DNA of 64,000 nt, taken from the NCBI RefSeq assembly GCF_006345805.1, contig NC_043011.1, positions 19,976,464 to 20,040,463 of the forward strand, in the 5' to 3' direction. This document shows positions 51,166 through 64,000 of this stretch, in pieces. Both the position numbers and the translations under genes were made by a program. The DNA comes from Octopus sinensis (Eukaryota). The notes under the pieces were generated by a model. That model was not told where the DNA came from, did not search any database, and saw only the letters and a program-made list of their open reading frames with translations. Position 1 is the first letter of the stretch; each line of letters opens with the position of its first letter.

Positions 51166-54100
51166 CTTCAACACACGAACTCATATAAATAATCTTGCAA
51201 ACCAAATCCAAAAACGAAATGTTTTATATAAACCTCCAAAAAATAATCTTAGTTGTTTGCTTAGAAGTTTCCTCTGAGTCTGTATCGTGAAAGCATGTGT
51301 TAAGTTGAATGTATTTCATAGGCCTAGATAGGACAAATATCTACTATAGTCTACAGCAGTTTTGATCATTTTCTAAACCGACGAACTTCATGTAATTAGT
51401 GATAACATCATTTCCTCTGTAGATATTACTCTTCATTTTAACATAATTTTCCTCGAGTGGACATAGTCTTTATGCATCGTAGATTAAACGTTCGCTGAAT
51501 CCACCGTTTTTAAGAATCTAGCTTATATTGCATGCATCAGTTATAAAATATTTTGCCATACGTCTTTGTTTACACGTGAACAACAATAAATAAACCACCG
51601 ATGTCTTAAAAATGCTTGAACTATACATCAGTGTCTTACAACATTCCATGACACCTTTCATATTATTATTATATTTACAGCATAGCCAGAAAAGCATTTA
51701 ACGATCCCTTACCTAATACACAAAAACATTATATTCCATCCATCCATCCACATAAAAAATACATATAACGGATTTTCCAAGATTCTTGCCATCAACCACT
51801 GGACAATATATGCAATATTTAGCTAGTGTCTAGCACCGTCTTTTCGAGATTTAAATGACACATGATATATCAATATATATTGTAATTCCTCATATGAATA
51901 TACGACGCCAATATTAACTTTCACTTCCCATCAATCTATAAACGTTCTAGTGGACCATGGATACATACATCCCATCAAATTCAAAGATATTCTCTTTCCA
52001 CACCGATTGAATAATAAAAACTATATATCTAAACATACATATTTACCAGAATTAGATATTTTGTAATGGAAGTATACACAAAAATTAATAGTTGTTATAA
52101 CTCTCCTGCTGATATACATATACATTTATAAATAAATATAGGAACTATCTTTACTAATAATCTCGAGTGGTTTCAATAGTACCAGCAATTCAATAGGATT
52201 ATTTCAGCTCTTCATACATCCCATCAATAGAATTACCGTAGTTTCCTAATATCGTTAGTCATCGATTTTTCTTTAAGCCAGACATTATTTAACAATGTAG
52301 TAATATTTCAGATTCAATTTAAATATAGGAAGCTAGTGTGTTATACTTAATCTGGGAAATAAACTCCATTGAAATCGTAAAATGAGATTAGCTTCAAGTA
52401 ACTGTAGAGAGAATATTCGGAAACAAATCTGGAAAAATATGCATGGAATTATGGTCTAGTGATACAGATATAAACATGCCACAGGGGCAATATCATCTTA
52501 TGACGGAATCATTTTATCAGAATTTCTGTTTCTCTGCAGTAGTCATACGAAATATCGATTCAGTATTGATTGATTGGTTGATTGATTTGTATAAATTTAA
52601 ACAGTTCAATCAAGTCATCTTAAGATATTTCAAGAAACTAAAACATTGTTCTGTTAATTATCTGCTAATAATTACTCCCGTGATTTACAGCCAACACAAA
52701 TGATTTGAATGTTTCAGTTGAAAGTAGTCTGTGATTTTACTTGAATTTTCGAGTTAATTAGTACAAGATGACGCATTAATAGCTAACTAATTGTTTGCTT
52801 CAATAGTTAAATTAATTCAGTCGTAGATGAATTTGATTTTGCTCAAGGTTTTATCGCACAGACTATTCAATATGCTTAATTATATTAAGATTAATTGTAA
52901 ATAATGTTAGTCTGAGTGTTATAATGCTGTGAAAAATATGTTCCACATAAATAGATTTACGTAGTTAAATGCATGTAAAATTATGCTCTTAGATAGAAAG
53001 AGACAAGAGAGGAAAGAGACAAGACAGAGAAAAGAGAAGGAGAAATAAATGTGCACTAAGAAATATACATTTTCGTTTTTAATGTGGAATGTTGATTTGT
53101 CAGGGGATGCATTTCGACAGCTTAAACATCCGTGGGGGAACTCGCTCAAATTGGCTAAATAGTTGTAGTTACTGTGTGTTCGTGATAATTCTTGTACGGA
53201 AATCCAAACTAGAGAGCAAATTATAGAAAGCCTCGTTTATAATTATAAATGATTCTACAAGATAATTAATGTGAGATTTGGTACTGTATTGCAGGAAAAA
53301 AGATGACTGCAGACGAGAATGAATTAATTGATTAAGATGAAGAAGATTCATAGTTTGCAGTTTGAGAGCAGCAGAAGAGCAGAAGAATATTGCGGGAAGA
53401 GACAGGAAGTAAAACCGGGTTTGCCGATTTTCTTTGCAAAATGTTCGTGAATAAGTATCGGTAAATAAGCTGTTTATCATTAGGTGAAAAGCTGTTTAGA
53501 TTATGTTTAACCGCAGTAGATATACCACCTTGCATCTGAACATATTTGCGTCTTACTCTAACTTTGTAGTATAGTTAGCCGCGATACACAAAAGATAAAA
53601 GAGAAAACTAATCTGACGTAATCGATGGCAATTTATAAAGCATTGGTTGTAATGTTTTAACATTTTTGGTACATCCCGTCTCTATGCACATTAAATAGTA
53701 TGGCTTTAGAATTAATGCAGCAAGTAATATTGACAATCGGTCTTCTCTACAGCTATATTTCATTTTGCCAAACTGTTTTAACATATCATTTAGCATCGGC
53801 TGTCCTATTATATACTGCAGAAAATTTGGTAAACAGCGAACGCTATGTGTTTAAATTAACACGCTATATATATTTTCTGAATTTAGCGCGATAAATATAT
53901 TTGTGAATAAATCTGTACTTACAGCCGTCTGGTCATTTTATGCATCGAGATTTTCTTGTAGGCTTCTTTGTGTATCTGAATTAAGTGGACGAGTCATAAA
54001 ATTTATGAAATGTCTGGTCCGATATATGACATATCTTTACTATCTTTAGACATAAAAATGGAATTAAATCGTTTGCAGGCTATATTTCGAAGATAGCACG

Positions 54101-54679
54101 GAATGGTCAGTATTCATATTCTTTATATGACCAGAAATCGTTCTAATAATGGTCAACTATTTCTTTTGCAAAACTGATGAAATCGATTCGGCGCTTGTTA
54201 AGAATTGATTTCAGTTGGTTTATGAATATAAAGAAATTTACTAAGTTAAAAACTATTTTAGAATATGAAAAAGAACTCAATAGTTTATTATTAAGTATGT
54301 ATGGTTCGGAAGGGGTTCTTTCGATTCTGATAAGTTGTTGGCTTTTAATGCTCTTTCCTATCTTTTGTGTATACATAAGTAGCTCAAAAATGCAATACTG
54401 GGTCTTTAACTATGTTGACTTCTCTTTATATCATATTTATATTACATTTTTTTAACCCAAAAAGTGAACGTTTATATGTTGAAAAATCCACGAATTTATT
54501 TGGCACCAAATATATGGAGAAATTAAATTCATGCGATACACGCATAAGCATTTTGTGCAATAATGTAAACGAAGCAGTCAAATGATCGAACGAGGTCCAT
54601 GAATTGATACACAAAATGAAATTTTCCCAAAAGTTTTTTTTCTGAAGGTTTAGGCTATTGCACAAAAACAAATGCAAGA

Positions 54680-57278
54680 GTTGCTATCAAAGAAAATTCA
54701 ACACCTATTTTTAAGCCCAGATGGAACCTGCCGTATGCGGCGGTAGACCAAGTCAATAAAGGACTAGAAAGCTTGGAAAGCCTGGATAAATTTGAAAAGA
54801 TTGACCATGCAGACTGGGCAGCACCGGTGGTCTACGTAAAACAAATAATGATAAGCTAAGAGCATGCGCAGACTGCTGAACCGGATTAAACGACTGTTTA
54901 CTCACACAGAATTACACAATACTAAGTCCAGAAGAAATATTAGTTAAACTAAAAAGACAGAAAATTTTCTCGAAGTTAGACCTCTTGGACGCGTACCTTC
55001 AAATTCAGTTAGAATATCGCACACATCTACTAAAAATCAACACGCAGGGTCTATTGTACAAGTTCAAGCGACTGCCGTTTGGAGTAAAAGTAACAACTGC
55101 CATATTCCAAAAAGTAACGTATGCGATATTAAGTGATGGCGACTCCGCCATCGCATACCTCGATGACATTTTGATAAAGAGCGGGTCTCGGGTGCAACAC
55201 GTCGAATACATAAAGAAGGTATTCGAGAAAATAGGTAAATACGGGCTAAAACTGACAGAAGAAAAATGTGAATTTTTTATGGGAAAAATAGAATACCTAG
55301 TTCAATTAATCGACGACAGTGAATGCAGACCGGACCCATCAAGGGCGACGGCATCACGAAATATGCCGCACCCGACGAACGTAACAATGCTACAAACGTT
55401 CCTAGGCTTGGTAACTTATTACTAAGTGCATCTCCAAAATATACATATCGGAAAGTCACCGATTAACGAATTATTAACAAAAAATGCCAAATGGGTTGGG
55501 ACAGAGAAAGCATTTAACGAGTTAAAAGTTGTGTTAACTTCAGACTTGTTTCCTATGAATTTTGACCCAATGTTTGAGATAATACTAGCTACAGATGCAA
55601 GCGAGTATGGGATAACGATGGTAGGAGAAAGGCCATAGCTCACGCATCAAGGACATTATTACCGACGGAAAAGAGTTATAGCCAGATTGAAAATGTAGCG
55701 CTGGCTATTATATTTGGTGTGAAAAGGTTCCACACGTTCATTCACAGCAGACGTTTTTTGCTTGCAAACGGACCATAGACATTTAATAATGATATACGGA
55801 TCCAAGAAAGGAATCCCAACGCATACGGCAAAAAGACTGCAGCAGTGGAATACCATTCTGTTAAACTATGATTATAGAATGGAATATTAGCTTTCACCAA
55901 AGTTGGGGCATGCCAATGTTCTGTCTAGACTAATTCTGGAGGACACCGTTATAACAGCACTAACAGCGGAAGCGGAAACAAACAAGTGATGTGGACATCG
56001 TGCATGAGCTACGAGTAACTTTGGGAAAAATAAAAATAAATGCGAGAAATGACAAATTTATTAATGAGACGACAAAAAAAATGTGATGACAAAAGGAAAT
56101 AAAGAAAGGTCTGATGCAAAGAACCGCCAAGATGTGAGCATGCACTCTATATGTGATGGTGTACGCTTAGATGGTGGCCATTCAATAGACATTACAGAGG
56201 AGAATGCTAAAAGAGTATCATGTGGGACATCCAGGTATCTCTAGGATGTAACCGCTGATGCGAAATTTCGTATACTAGCCAAGAATGGACAAAAAAGTTG
56301 AAAACCTCGTAAAAGGCTGCAGGTGATGTGGACTGGCAACGAAACTACCAACTAAAAAATGTGAGTCTTGGCCGGAAGTGAAAATAACATGGTTCCGATT
56401 GCATATCGATTTTGTAGGCCCGGTATATGGATATTATTGCTTAATAGTAGCGGACAGCTAAACAAAATGGCCTGAGTTAGCGAGATGTGAACGACCAACC
56501 TCATATACAGTCATAGAGGTCTTACACCTGTTGTTCGCAAGATTTTGTGTAGCGGATATAATTGTTCCTGGTAACAGAACACAGTTTATGTTATGTGAGT
56601 TTAAACGATTCTCCTAGATGCTCCCGTCGTTACAACATAAAACTATAGCATCGATTCACCCTACATCGAACTGTTTCATGGACACATTTAAGAGAGCTTT
56701 AAAGAAAGCTAATAATTAAGCCACGGACGAGGGCGAGATCCGACAATTCTTAAGGGTATACAGTGTAAATCTGAACCCAAATGTGCCAGAAGGACGTTCA
56801 GCCGCAGAATTAATGTTTGCCTGAGAGGTGAAGTCAGTATTCGATAAACAGTAACCAGTGAAGAAAAAATACGTGTTAATAAACACCTGTCTACATTCTT
56901 TAGAATCAGTGTTAAGGTATATGTAAGAATGTACAAAGCGACAAGCAATACTAGGAAGAAGGTGAAATTTTAACATGCATAGGAAGAATGATGTATGGCG
57001 AAAGAAGAAGAAATGAAATGGAAGTGAGATATAAAATTCAGTTTAAGGAAGGAGTCATAGAATAGAAGCCAACAAGAGTAGAAATACCTATGGGTTGGCT
57101 ATATGACACTTTTCATGTTCCAACACCGTTCCAAGAAGTCAAATCCACACGAAAAAGAAGAACACTGAATTCTTAAAAGTAGACCCTAAAAAGAAAAGAA
57201 ACTGAGTATATAAAAAAGAAGGAAGTCGGGTGAATAAAAGAAAATGATGGTTAAATGAAATAATTAAAAGATGGGGAG
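54680..57278 (+). mobile_element. Ty3/gypsy LTR retrotransposon fossil (RT, RNase H, integrase), 5'-truncated
   Basis: DWAAPVV; LPFGVK..AIFQK; AYLDDILI; RNase H LATDASEYG; integrase HVGHPGISRM..C..C and RLHIDFVGP; multiple stops and frameshifts; PPT aaaagatggggag at 57266-57278. Confidence 0.9.
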
Positions 57279-57480
57279 TGTTGAATAGTGAAACTGTAAA
57301 GGTATATATGCATATGTAGGTATGTACAAATATGTATTTATATATGCATATGTTTATATATTATTTATATTATTATATGATCGAACGCCGCACATCGTTT
57401 TCCAAGTAAGTTTTATATATATATATTTATATATATATATATATGTAACGTGGAGACTTTATCCCTGCGTGTGTTAAAGA
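57279..57480 (+). repeat. Probable 3' LTR of the gypsy element
   Basis: Starts TGTTG immediately after the PPT; the right boundary is uncertain and there is no 5' LTR to compare. Confidence 0.4.
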
Positions 57481-57484
57481 ATAA

Positions 57485-57600
57485 GGCACCAAAGGAAAAT
57501 GTCACTTCCCAGACACAACAAAATATACTTCAACACACGAATTCGCATAAAGAATCTTGCAAACCAAATCCCAAAATGAAGTATGTATATATACATTTAT
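57485..57600 (+). repeat. Second fragment of the 50869-51240 repeat family (no ribozyme part)
   Basis: cccagacacaaca.aatat.cttcaacacacgaa.tc.cata.a.aatcttgcaaaccaaatcc is shared with 51146-51215. Confidence 0.75.
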
Positions 57601-57842
57601 ATATGAGAGTATTGTAGTTCGCTTGAAGCATTATCTTTTCTCTAGTTTCAGCTCAGAGCTGCGGCCATGCTGATGCACCGCCGTTGTGTATTGTTTGTAA
57701 AGAATGAAAAGTTTCGAAGGATATTTCGGAACAATATTACAAAATATCATATCAGATTATGGAGGACTAAATTACAACAGGTATACAGCCCATTGTCTTT
57801 ATTATAGTGCATTGTTGTACCATTCGAAACATTCTATTCTTT

Positions 57843-57909
<67 letters not shown>

Positions 57910-58439
57910 TAGTTGCTTTCTTATCTTATTTCTTTCTAACTTCAGTTCCTCCTGCGGTAGAATTTTCGTGTATCGTAAAAATAAGTATTATAAACATTTA
58001 TAAAAGAGTAAGATTTTGGAAATCTCGGTGTCAATTATGTCGAGATTGCATAAACCACCGAAATGTAATTTCTCTTGACAATATTTTTGATCATTCTTTT
58101 GTTGAGCTAAAGGATCTCTGAAACTTGAGATCTGAGAGGAATATACGCCATTGGAATAATGAGGAAAGTGAGAAAAGGCGCACGCAACCGCTTGTGTTGT
58201 AGCATGTCATATTGGCGTATGATCATTTGCAAATTATCTGCTTCTTTATTTTGTAAGAGCCATCCTCATCCCGAACGAGAAGGAATCTAATTTAAGCTAT
58301 CTTTAATCTTTGTACAGGGTCAGCAGCCCAGGTGGGTATAAGTGTTTTCCGGGGGAAAAGCTTGCGATTTGAAATGCTGCGTTGATAGTTGTGAATACGT
58401 GATGTTGCAGATTCAAAGAAAAATAGGATACAGTCCGTG

Positions 58440-58900
58440 TCATATTATAAAAACAGGTAAGTATTATTACTCTCAATTCCACTTCAATTTCAATCTCTCC
58501 TCCAATACGGAAGCTAACTTCTCTTATTATATGTGCAAGCATTTAACAACGATACTTATAACAACGATTTCAGTTACAATAATTTCTAAGTTACCTACGA
58601 TTATATCCAAAACCTTGCTACAAACATAACTGGGAACAACAGAAATTCTTCATACAGGAAATATTAAAATATATCATTTCTATAAAACTGCAGCAAGCCA
58701 ATATTTTATCCACATGAATGAAAACTTGTAGACACAGAACTATGAAACGTTATATAGGCCTTACTGGAACCTCTTTTAAAGTACATAGAATTATCATATA
58801 GATTACTTCAAAGATATTTAGAAACATGGGACAATATTATTGCCTCAATATGTTTGGGATTTGAGAGACAGGAATGGCAGTATTTTCCGAGAATCGATTA
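58440..58900 (+). mobile_element. Penelope-like element GIY-YIG endonuclease fossil
   Basis: YIGLTGTSFK and QYVWDLRDRN motifs; upstream sequence weakly resembles the PLE linker. Confidence 0.6.
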
Positions 58901-59139
58901 ATTACACGTTGAAAATGCTACACCACTTAATAACAGCACCCTTTCATATATAATTGGTTTATTTATTTGTAACCATATTTCAAGGAAACAAATTGAAATT
59001 CTAAATTTATTTCTAATTTTTTTTCCATGAAAATGTCTATTTATATAATGTCATGCAATCCCGTTGGAAGATTTATGATCTTGTCCTGTCGGCTGTGCGA
59101 CATCATATTCTCTATGTACATGCATACATACATATATAT

Positions 59140-59460
59140 ATATTACGGAGATGTACTTGCATAGCAAGTGACCTAATCTGAGATCGTGTACTGAAAGAAA
59201 AACAATGGCAGCGTGGAAGGTATTTATCAACCATTTAAAAACATAAAAAAAGCCGTTAGATTCACCTCAACATTTAAATTTAATTTGCCAAAATAGTTAT
59301 GTCGGTCGGTGTACCACAAAATTTTGTCAGTGAACAGGTTTCGGTCTCAAAGCGACGAAAATATTTTTGGCAAATTAAATTTAATTGTTGAAGTCAATGT
59401 AACGGTTTCTGTATGTTTTTAAATGGGTTCTTATAAATACCTTCCCGGCTGCAATTCCTT
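59140..59460. mobile_element. Second fold-back copy of the G3-C8 hammerhead family
   Basis: Colinear with 45966-46318; right-arm motif ttttgtca GTGAACA g gtttc ggtctcaaa gcgac GAAA atatttt tggcaaa at 59322-59374. Confidence 0.75.
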
Positions 59461-59472
59461 TTGTGAGTACAG

Positions 59473-59530
<58 letters not shown>

Positions 59531-59719
59531 TATATATAACGCATAACCTTCAAACGGTGTGGAGGTTGTTTTGTACCTCTTTGACCAGAGACTGCGGGAA
59601 CACAATTCCGCTCTCTCAGATATTGCCATTAGGGCTTTTGTCCCGTTCTGTCCCTCACACTCTCTCTTTCTCTCTCCCCTTTTCTCTCACTCTCTTGATA
59701 TAAATATAAATAATATGGT

Positions 59720-59779
<60 letters not shown>

Positions 59780-59791
59780 TGTATGTATATA

Positions 59792-61025
59792 TACTGAACT
59801 ACGAAAGAAATGTCGCAAGCATACTAAATAGTAGATAGTTTATAACAGACTGCCATGCTACCATGGCATTGATTGAAGAGTATTAATTAAGAAACCGTTC
59901 TTTCCTAATGGTAAAATGTAATTTCCTGAAACATGTTTGACGCCACAGGTTGTCAGTTGATGATGGAGTGTCTTGGATACAAACACACTCATTAAATATC
60001 TCGTGTGACCACCGTTAGCATTGATTACGGCCAGGCATCTTGTGTACATTGAATTCACCAAACCATTGATGAAGGCCATGGGGATAGCAGCCCACACACT
60101 GTTAAAATTTGCAGAGCGTTCTGCTGCTACTGTCAACCATGGACGGATGCCATTTAGCCTTCTTTGGATCTCGTCTCACAGGTTCTCTATGGGAATCAAG
60201 TCCGGACTTAGTGCAGGAGATAGCGGTACCTGGATGCTGTGCTGTTGGAGGAATCCTGTTGTCAACCTGGCAGCATGGGCACCGGCGTTGTCGTGTTGGA
60301 ACACGTAATTCTGACGACGGGCAAATTATTGCAGAATGTGAGGCCCCAAAACTTGGTTGATGCAGTGAGCAGGGGTTACTCCATCAGCCCGGCTTCGGCT
60401 GCCGCTTTATGAAAACCAACGGTCCAAGTTTCTGGTTGAGTGCAATCCCGCCCCATACCAAGATGCTCTCTCCTCCCCCACGAGTCTCTCTTCACCTCAC
60501 AGCCATCAGCATGACGTTCACCTCTTCTCCAAACCCTAACTCAGCCATCTCCCAAAGAAAAGCAATATCAACTTTCGTGAGAAAAGACTACAGTCCTCCA
60601 CTGCTGATATTGCCAGTTCTAATGTTTCTGAGCCCGCTGCAGATGTGCCCGTCGATGAACGTCTGTGCGGATGGGACCTCTAGCCGGACATCAACAAGAC
60701 AGATTGAAACATCTCAGCCGGCGGCGAACTGTCTCTGCACACACAGGTCTGTGGTGATTCCATATGGTCTGCCTAGATGATTCCGTTGCACTCCGGAATC
60801 GGTCCTACAAGTGTAGGCGGCGATCTTGATGTGCTGTCGTAAACCTCAGTCGGCCACTGTGTGGCCGATCATCCGTGCTGTTTGTGGCATTGTATCGTTC
60901 CCCTAGCCGCTCAATTGTCCGAATACTGCAGTTCAAGTCATTGGCAATGACTCATGGACGTTGGCCAGCATAAAGATGTCCGATGGCCTGCTCCTTCTGA
61001 TTTCGTGTCAGTCTTAGCAAACGGC
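59792..61025 (-). mobile_element. Tc1-like (DD34E) transposon fossil related to 34260-35588, 5' TIR missing
   Basis: RLTRNQKEQAIGHLYAGQR, VVFSHES, VFQHDNAGAH, PALSPDLIPIENL*DEIQRR; TIR-like ta|tactgaactacgaaagaaa. Confidence 0.85.
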
Positions 61026-61051
61026 TCCTTTCCTCGGAAAAAGGAAAAAAA

Positions 61052-61157
61052 TTGGCTGCTATTTCTTGCAAGCCATGCTACCACGTAACTGGTATTTCGG
61101 GTCCTTTATCGCAAATAACTGTTACATGGTAGTAGGCGTGCTAGAAATAGCAGCCAA
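61052..61157. repeat. Small imperfect hairpin (MITE-like)
   Basis: ttggctgctatttcttgcaagccatgctaccacgtaac pairs with gttacatggtagtaggcgtgctagaaatagcagccaa. Confidence 0.7.
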
Positions 61158-62250
61158 ATCTTTAAATATGTGATACTCGAATCATTTTTTGTAATGACAT
61201 GCCCTTGGAGCGATCTTTCGCTTTAACTCTCAGCTGTGTCGCTCTGACTCTCAAAGATGTCATCCAGATCAGCTGGTTTTGTTCGATGATTTCAGCAAAA
61301 AAATGTATTTATTCACATTTGTTTTAAAGTGAAAGACAGGAGAAAGTGAATGATGTATGAACGTATATATAAAAGAGATGTATGTGTGTGAGAGAGAGAG
61401 CGAGATAGAGTGCAACTTATACATACATGAGAACACACCCATTCACTCACTCTCTCTCATACACGCACACATACACACACACGGACACACTTACACATGC
61501 ATGCACACGTACATAAAAAAAGATGTACACATATGTATCGATGTATGTACGTATACATGACGACACACCCATTCACTCACTCTCTCTCCTTCGCTCTCTC
61601 TCTATTTCTCTATTTCTCTATTTCTCTCTCTCTTTCTCTCTTTCTCTATTTCACATACATCGTTCAATTTCTCCTCTCTTTCACTATAAAACCACAGTGA
61701 ATAAGTAAAAAAAATTACGGAAATTAACGACTTGAAACTAATTCAAAAAATGACATCAAAATATTGCCTGTTTAAAGAAAGATAAAATATAAATACCTAC
61801 TGTACAAATAGCTTATATTTTTGAAATGACATGCAGTTTAAAATATTTCTAAATGATTAAAATATTGTGTACGTCAAAAAGTCGACTTCTTTTTTTCTCA
61901 GAGAGCGCGAAGAATATGTTTGTGTATATGATAGCGGACGTGCGTTTGTGTTGATAGACATGCCATGACATTCATTATGTGTGTGTGTGTATTATGTACG
62001 TGTGTTAACGTCACGGAGGTCATGTTTTTATTTCGTCAAGAAATGACGAACAAAAGTTCTGTTTACTCGTTTTCATTACTAAATAGAGGTCCAAATGTCA
62101 CAAAAAATTGTACTGCACTGCCGAAGGTAATTATGAAAATAAATATGCAGCAAAAAGATAAAATATACTATTTCTGAGATACTTTGGGTACAGAGAAACA
62201 TCCCTAGAACTTTAGTATTATCAAGATATATAAATGAATAATATGGGTTG

Positions 62251-62314
<64 letters not shown>

Positions 62315-62639
62315 TCATACTATACTCTACAAACATTACACTACAGGAGTATTGATGATGCTGCATACAGGGAGGTTTGCTGCAACAGAAAAGGCCTCAT
62401 GATCCATCTATTGACACACAAATGATGGGATGCAATTCATGAAAGGAGAGTGTACTTAGTTCTAGTAAATATTAGAAACCATTTTACCCAAACTCTAATA
62501 TTTTCTCGGCAGACTACTTTATGCAAATAGCTGCACGTGTCTGTATTATTTTTCATATACTGTTTAAATACGCATAGGATTTCCGTCACAGGTTTACCTA
62601 CTGGTAGCTTCAGGCAACATCATTCGTTTTTATATTTGT

Positions 62640-63310
62640 TTGTCGCGAATTTTGACTGTTCGGACCTTTCTTTCTTCTAGATATAATGGATCTTAGTTTA
62701 AGGTCATTTGGCTGTAGTAGTTTTACGTATTCATCACCTTGTTCCTTTATAGCATTTTTCATTTCCTTTGACTTGTGTATTCTAGCTAAGCCGTAGACGT
62801 TGCTGTATTTCGACTAAAAATTGGTAACATAGACTCTTTCATTAAGAGTGAAGGAGTTATAATGTTTTGAGACGATATATTTGAGTTTCTTCATGATGCG
62901 GTGGTCAATATTTGAGGGTATTTCACGGTAGTATGTGGAATTCTTCAAATGATCTTCAGTTAGGTCCCGGTAATATTTGGCATCCATTATAACAATCGCA
63001 CTCCCTTTCTTCGCTTTTTTGGTGATAACTATGTTGCCATTTTTAAGATCTTTCTAGTTTTGAAATGTTTGGTCTGATACTGATGTTATGTCGCAGTGGA
63101 AATCTGAAGAGAATATCAATGAATTGACCCAGATATGTATTTCGTCCTTTTGATGGATTAAATTTTGATTTATTTTTCACCAAGGATTTGTCATTCTCAT
63201 TATTTTCATCCACAAGTCGAGTTACCCACGAAAGTTTTGGATATTTTCCTCTAAATCTTGATGATTGACTGAAGGTGTAGATGTGAATTTTAGACATTTC
63301 ATCGGTCTAT
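62640..63310 (-). mobile_element. Penelope-like element reverse transcriptase N-terminal fossil
   Basis: SLVKNKSKFNPSKGRN..., KGSAIVIMDAKYY, SNVYGLARIHKSK, PNDLKLRSII correspond to PLE RT motifs ADKG.AIVIMD, FYGLPKIHK and LRPI. Confidence 0.75.
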
Positions 63311-63499
63311 CCTATGAGTTGTTTCACAGTTGTTTCTTCTTGGACTTTTTTTTTAACGCTAACGAGTCAACAGAACAAATCCGGAACAGTAATGTTCGGT
63401 AAATTCCACTGAGCGAACATATAGAAAAATGTGGTAAGAAAATGCTTCTAATTTTTCCTTTCCAGAAACTACGTGACACAAGTATATGCAATTGCAGCG

Positions 63500-63508
63500 T
63501 GGAATTTT

Positions 63509-63551
<43 letters not shown>

Positions 63552-63645
63552 GAAATTCAGGGTGAGTACTTGATAATTGTACATATATATATATATACAT
63601 ATATATATACATATACACACATATATATATATACATACATACATA

Positions 63646-63681
<36 letters not shown>

Positions 63682-63800
63682 CATATACATATACACATAT
63701 ATATATGTCGGGGGTGTATGTATATATGTATATATATATACATATACAGATATAGATAAACATGCATTTTCAAACAAATGTGCATAGAAAATGTGTAAGT
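63500..63800. repeat. Compound (CA)n/(TA)n/(TACA)n microsatellite
   Basis: Direct reading. Confidence 0.9.
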
Positions 63801-64000
63801 ATAAATGGATACATACATGCTTACATACATACATGTACACATACACACGTGCCTATACTCGTACACACACAAACATACGTATTTATATAAAAGTATGTGT
63901 TTGTAAGTCTTCGTGTATACATATATGTATCAATAGATATTTAGTGTATATATATATATACATAACATATATTAACACATACAGGATAACAGGCGTACAT

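Overview
Eukaryotic, AT-rich, repeat-dominated genomic DNA. The tRNA-derived SINE families, the very dense (TA)n/(CATA)n/(GATA)n microsatellites and the TTAGGG repeats point to an octopus or other coleoid cephalopod (inference, no search run). There is no intact protein-coding gene. I found one credible orphan exon (9997-10188, minus strand); the rest is intronic or intergenic. Recognisable transposon remains: several SINE families, Tc1/mariner fossils, RTE and CR1/L2-like LINE pieces, a Ty3/gypsy pol fossil, Penelope-like (PLE) RT and GIY-YIG fragments, an ORF1-only retroelement, a probable Helitron, MITEs and a ~73-bp satellite made of kappaB-like motifs. The most striking signal is a set of type I hammerhead ribozyme (HHR) motifs from several unrelated small repeat families, most ending in microsatellites. 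These include a 546-bp tandem array with one HHR per monomer (retrozyme-like), a ~575-bp near-perfect palindrome with an intact HHR on each strand, and families whose catalytic core carries the compensatory G3-C8 or U3-A8 pair instead of C3-G8. All structures were folded by eye, and no cleavage activity is demonstrated.
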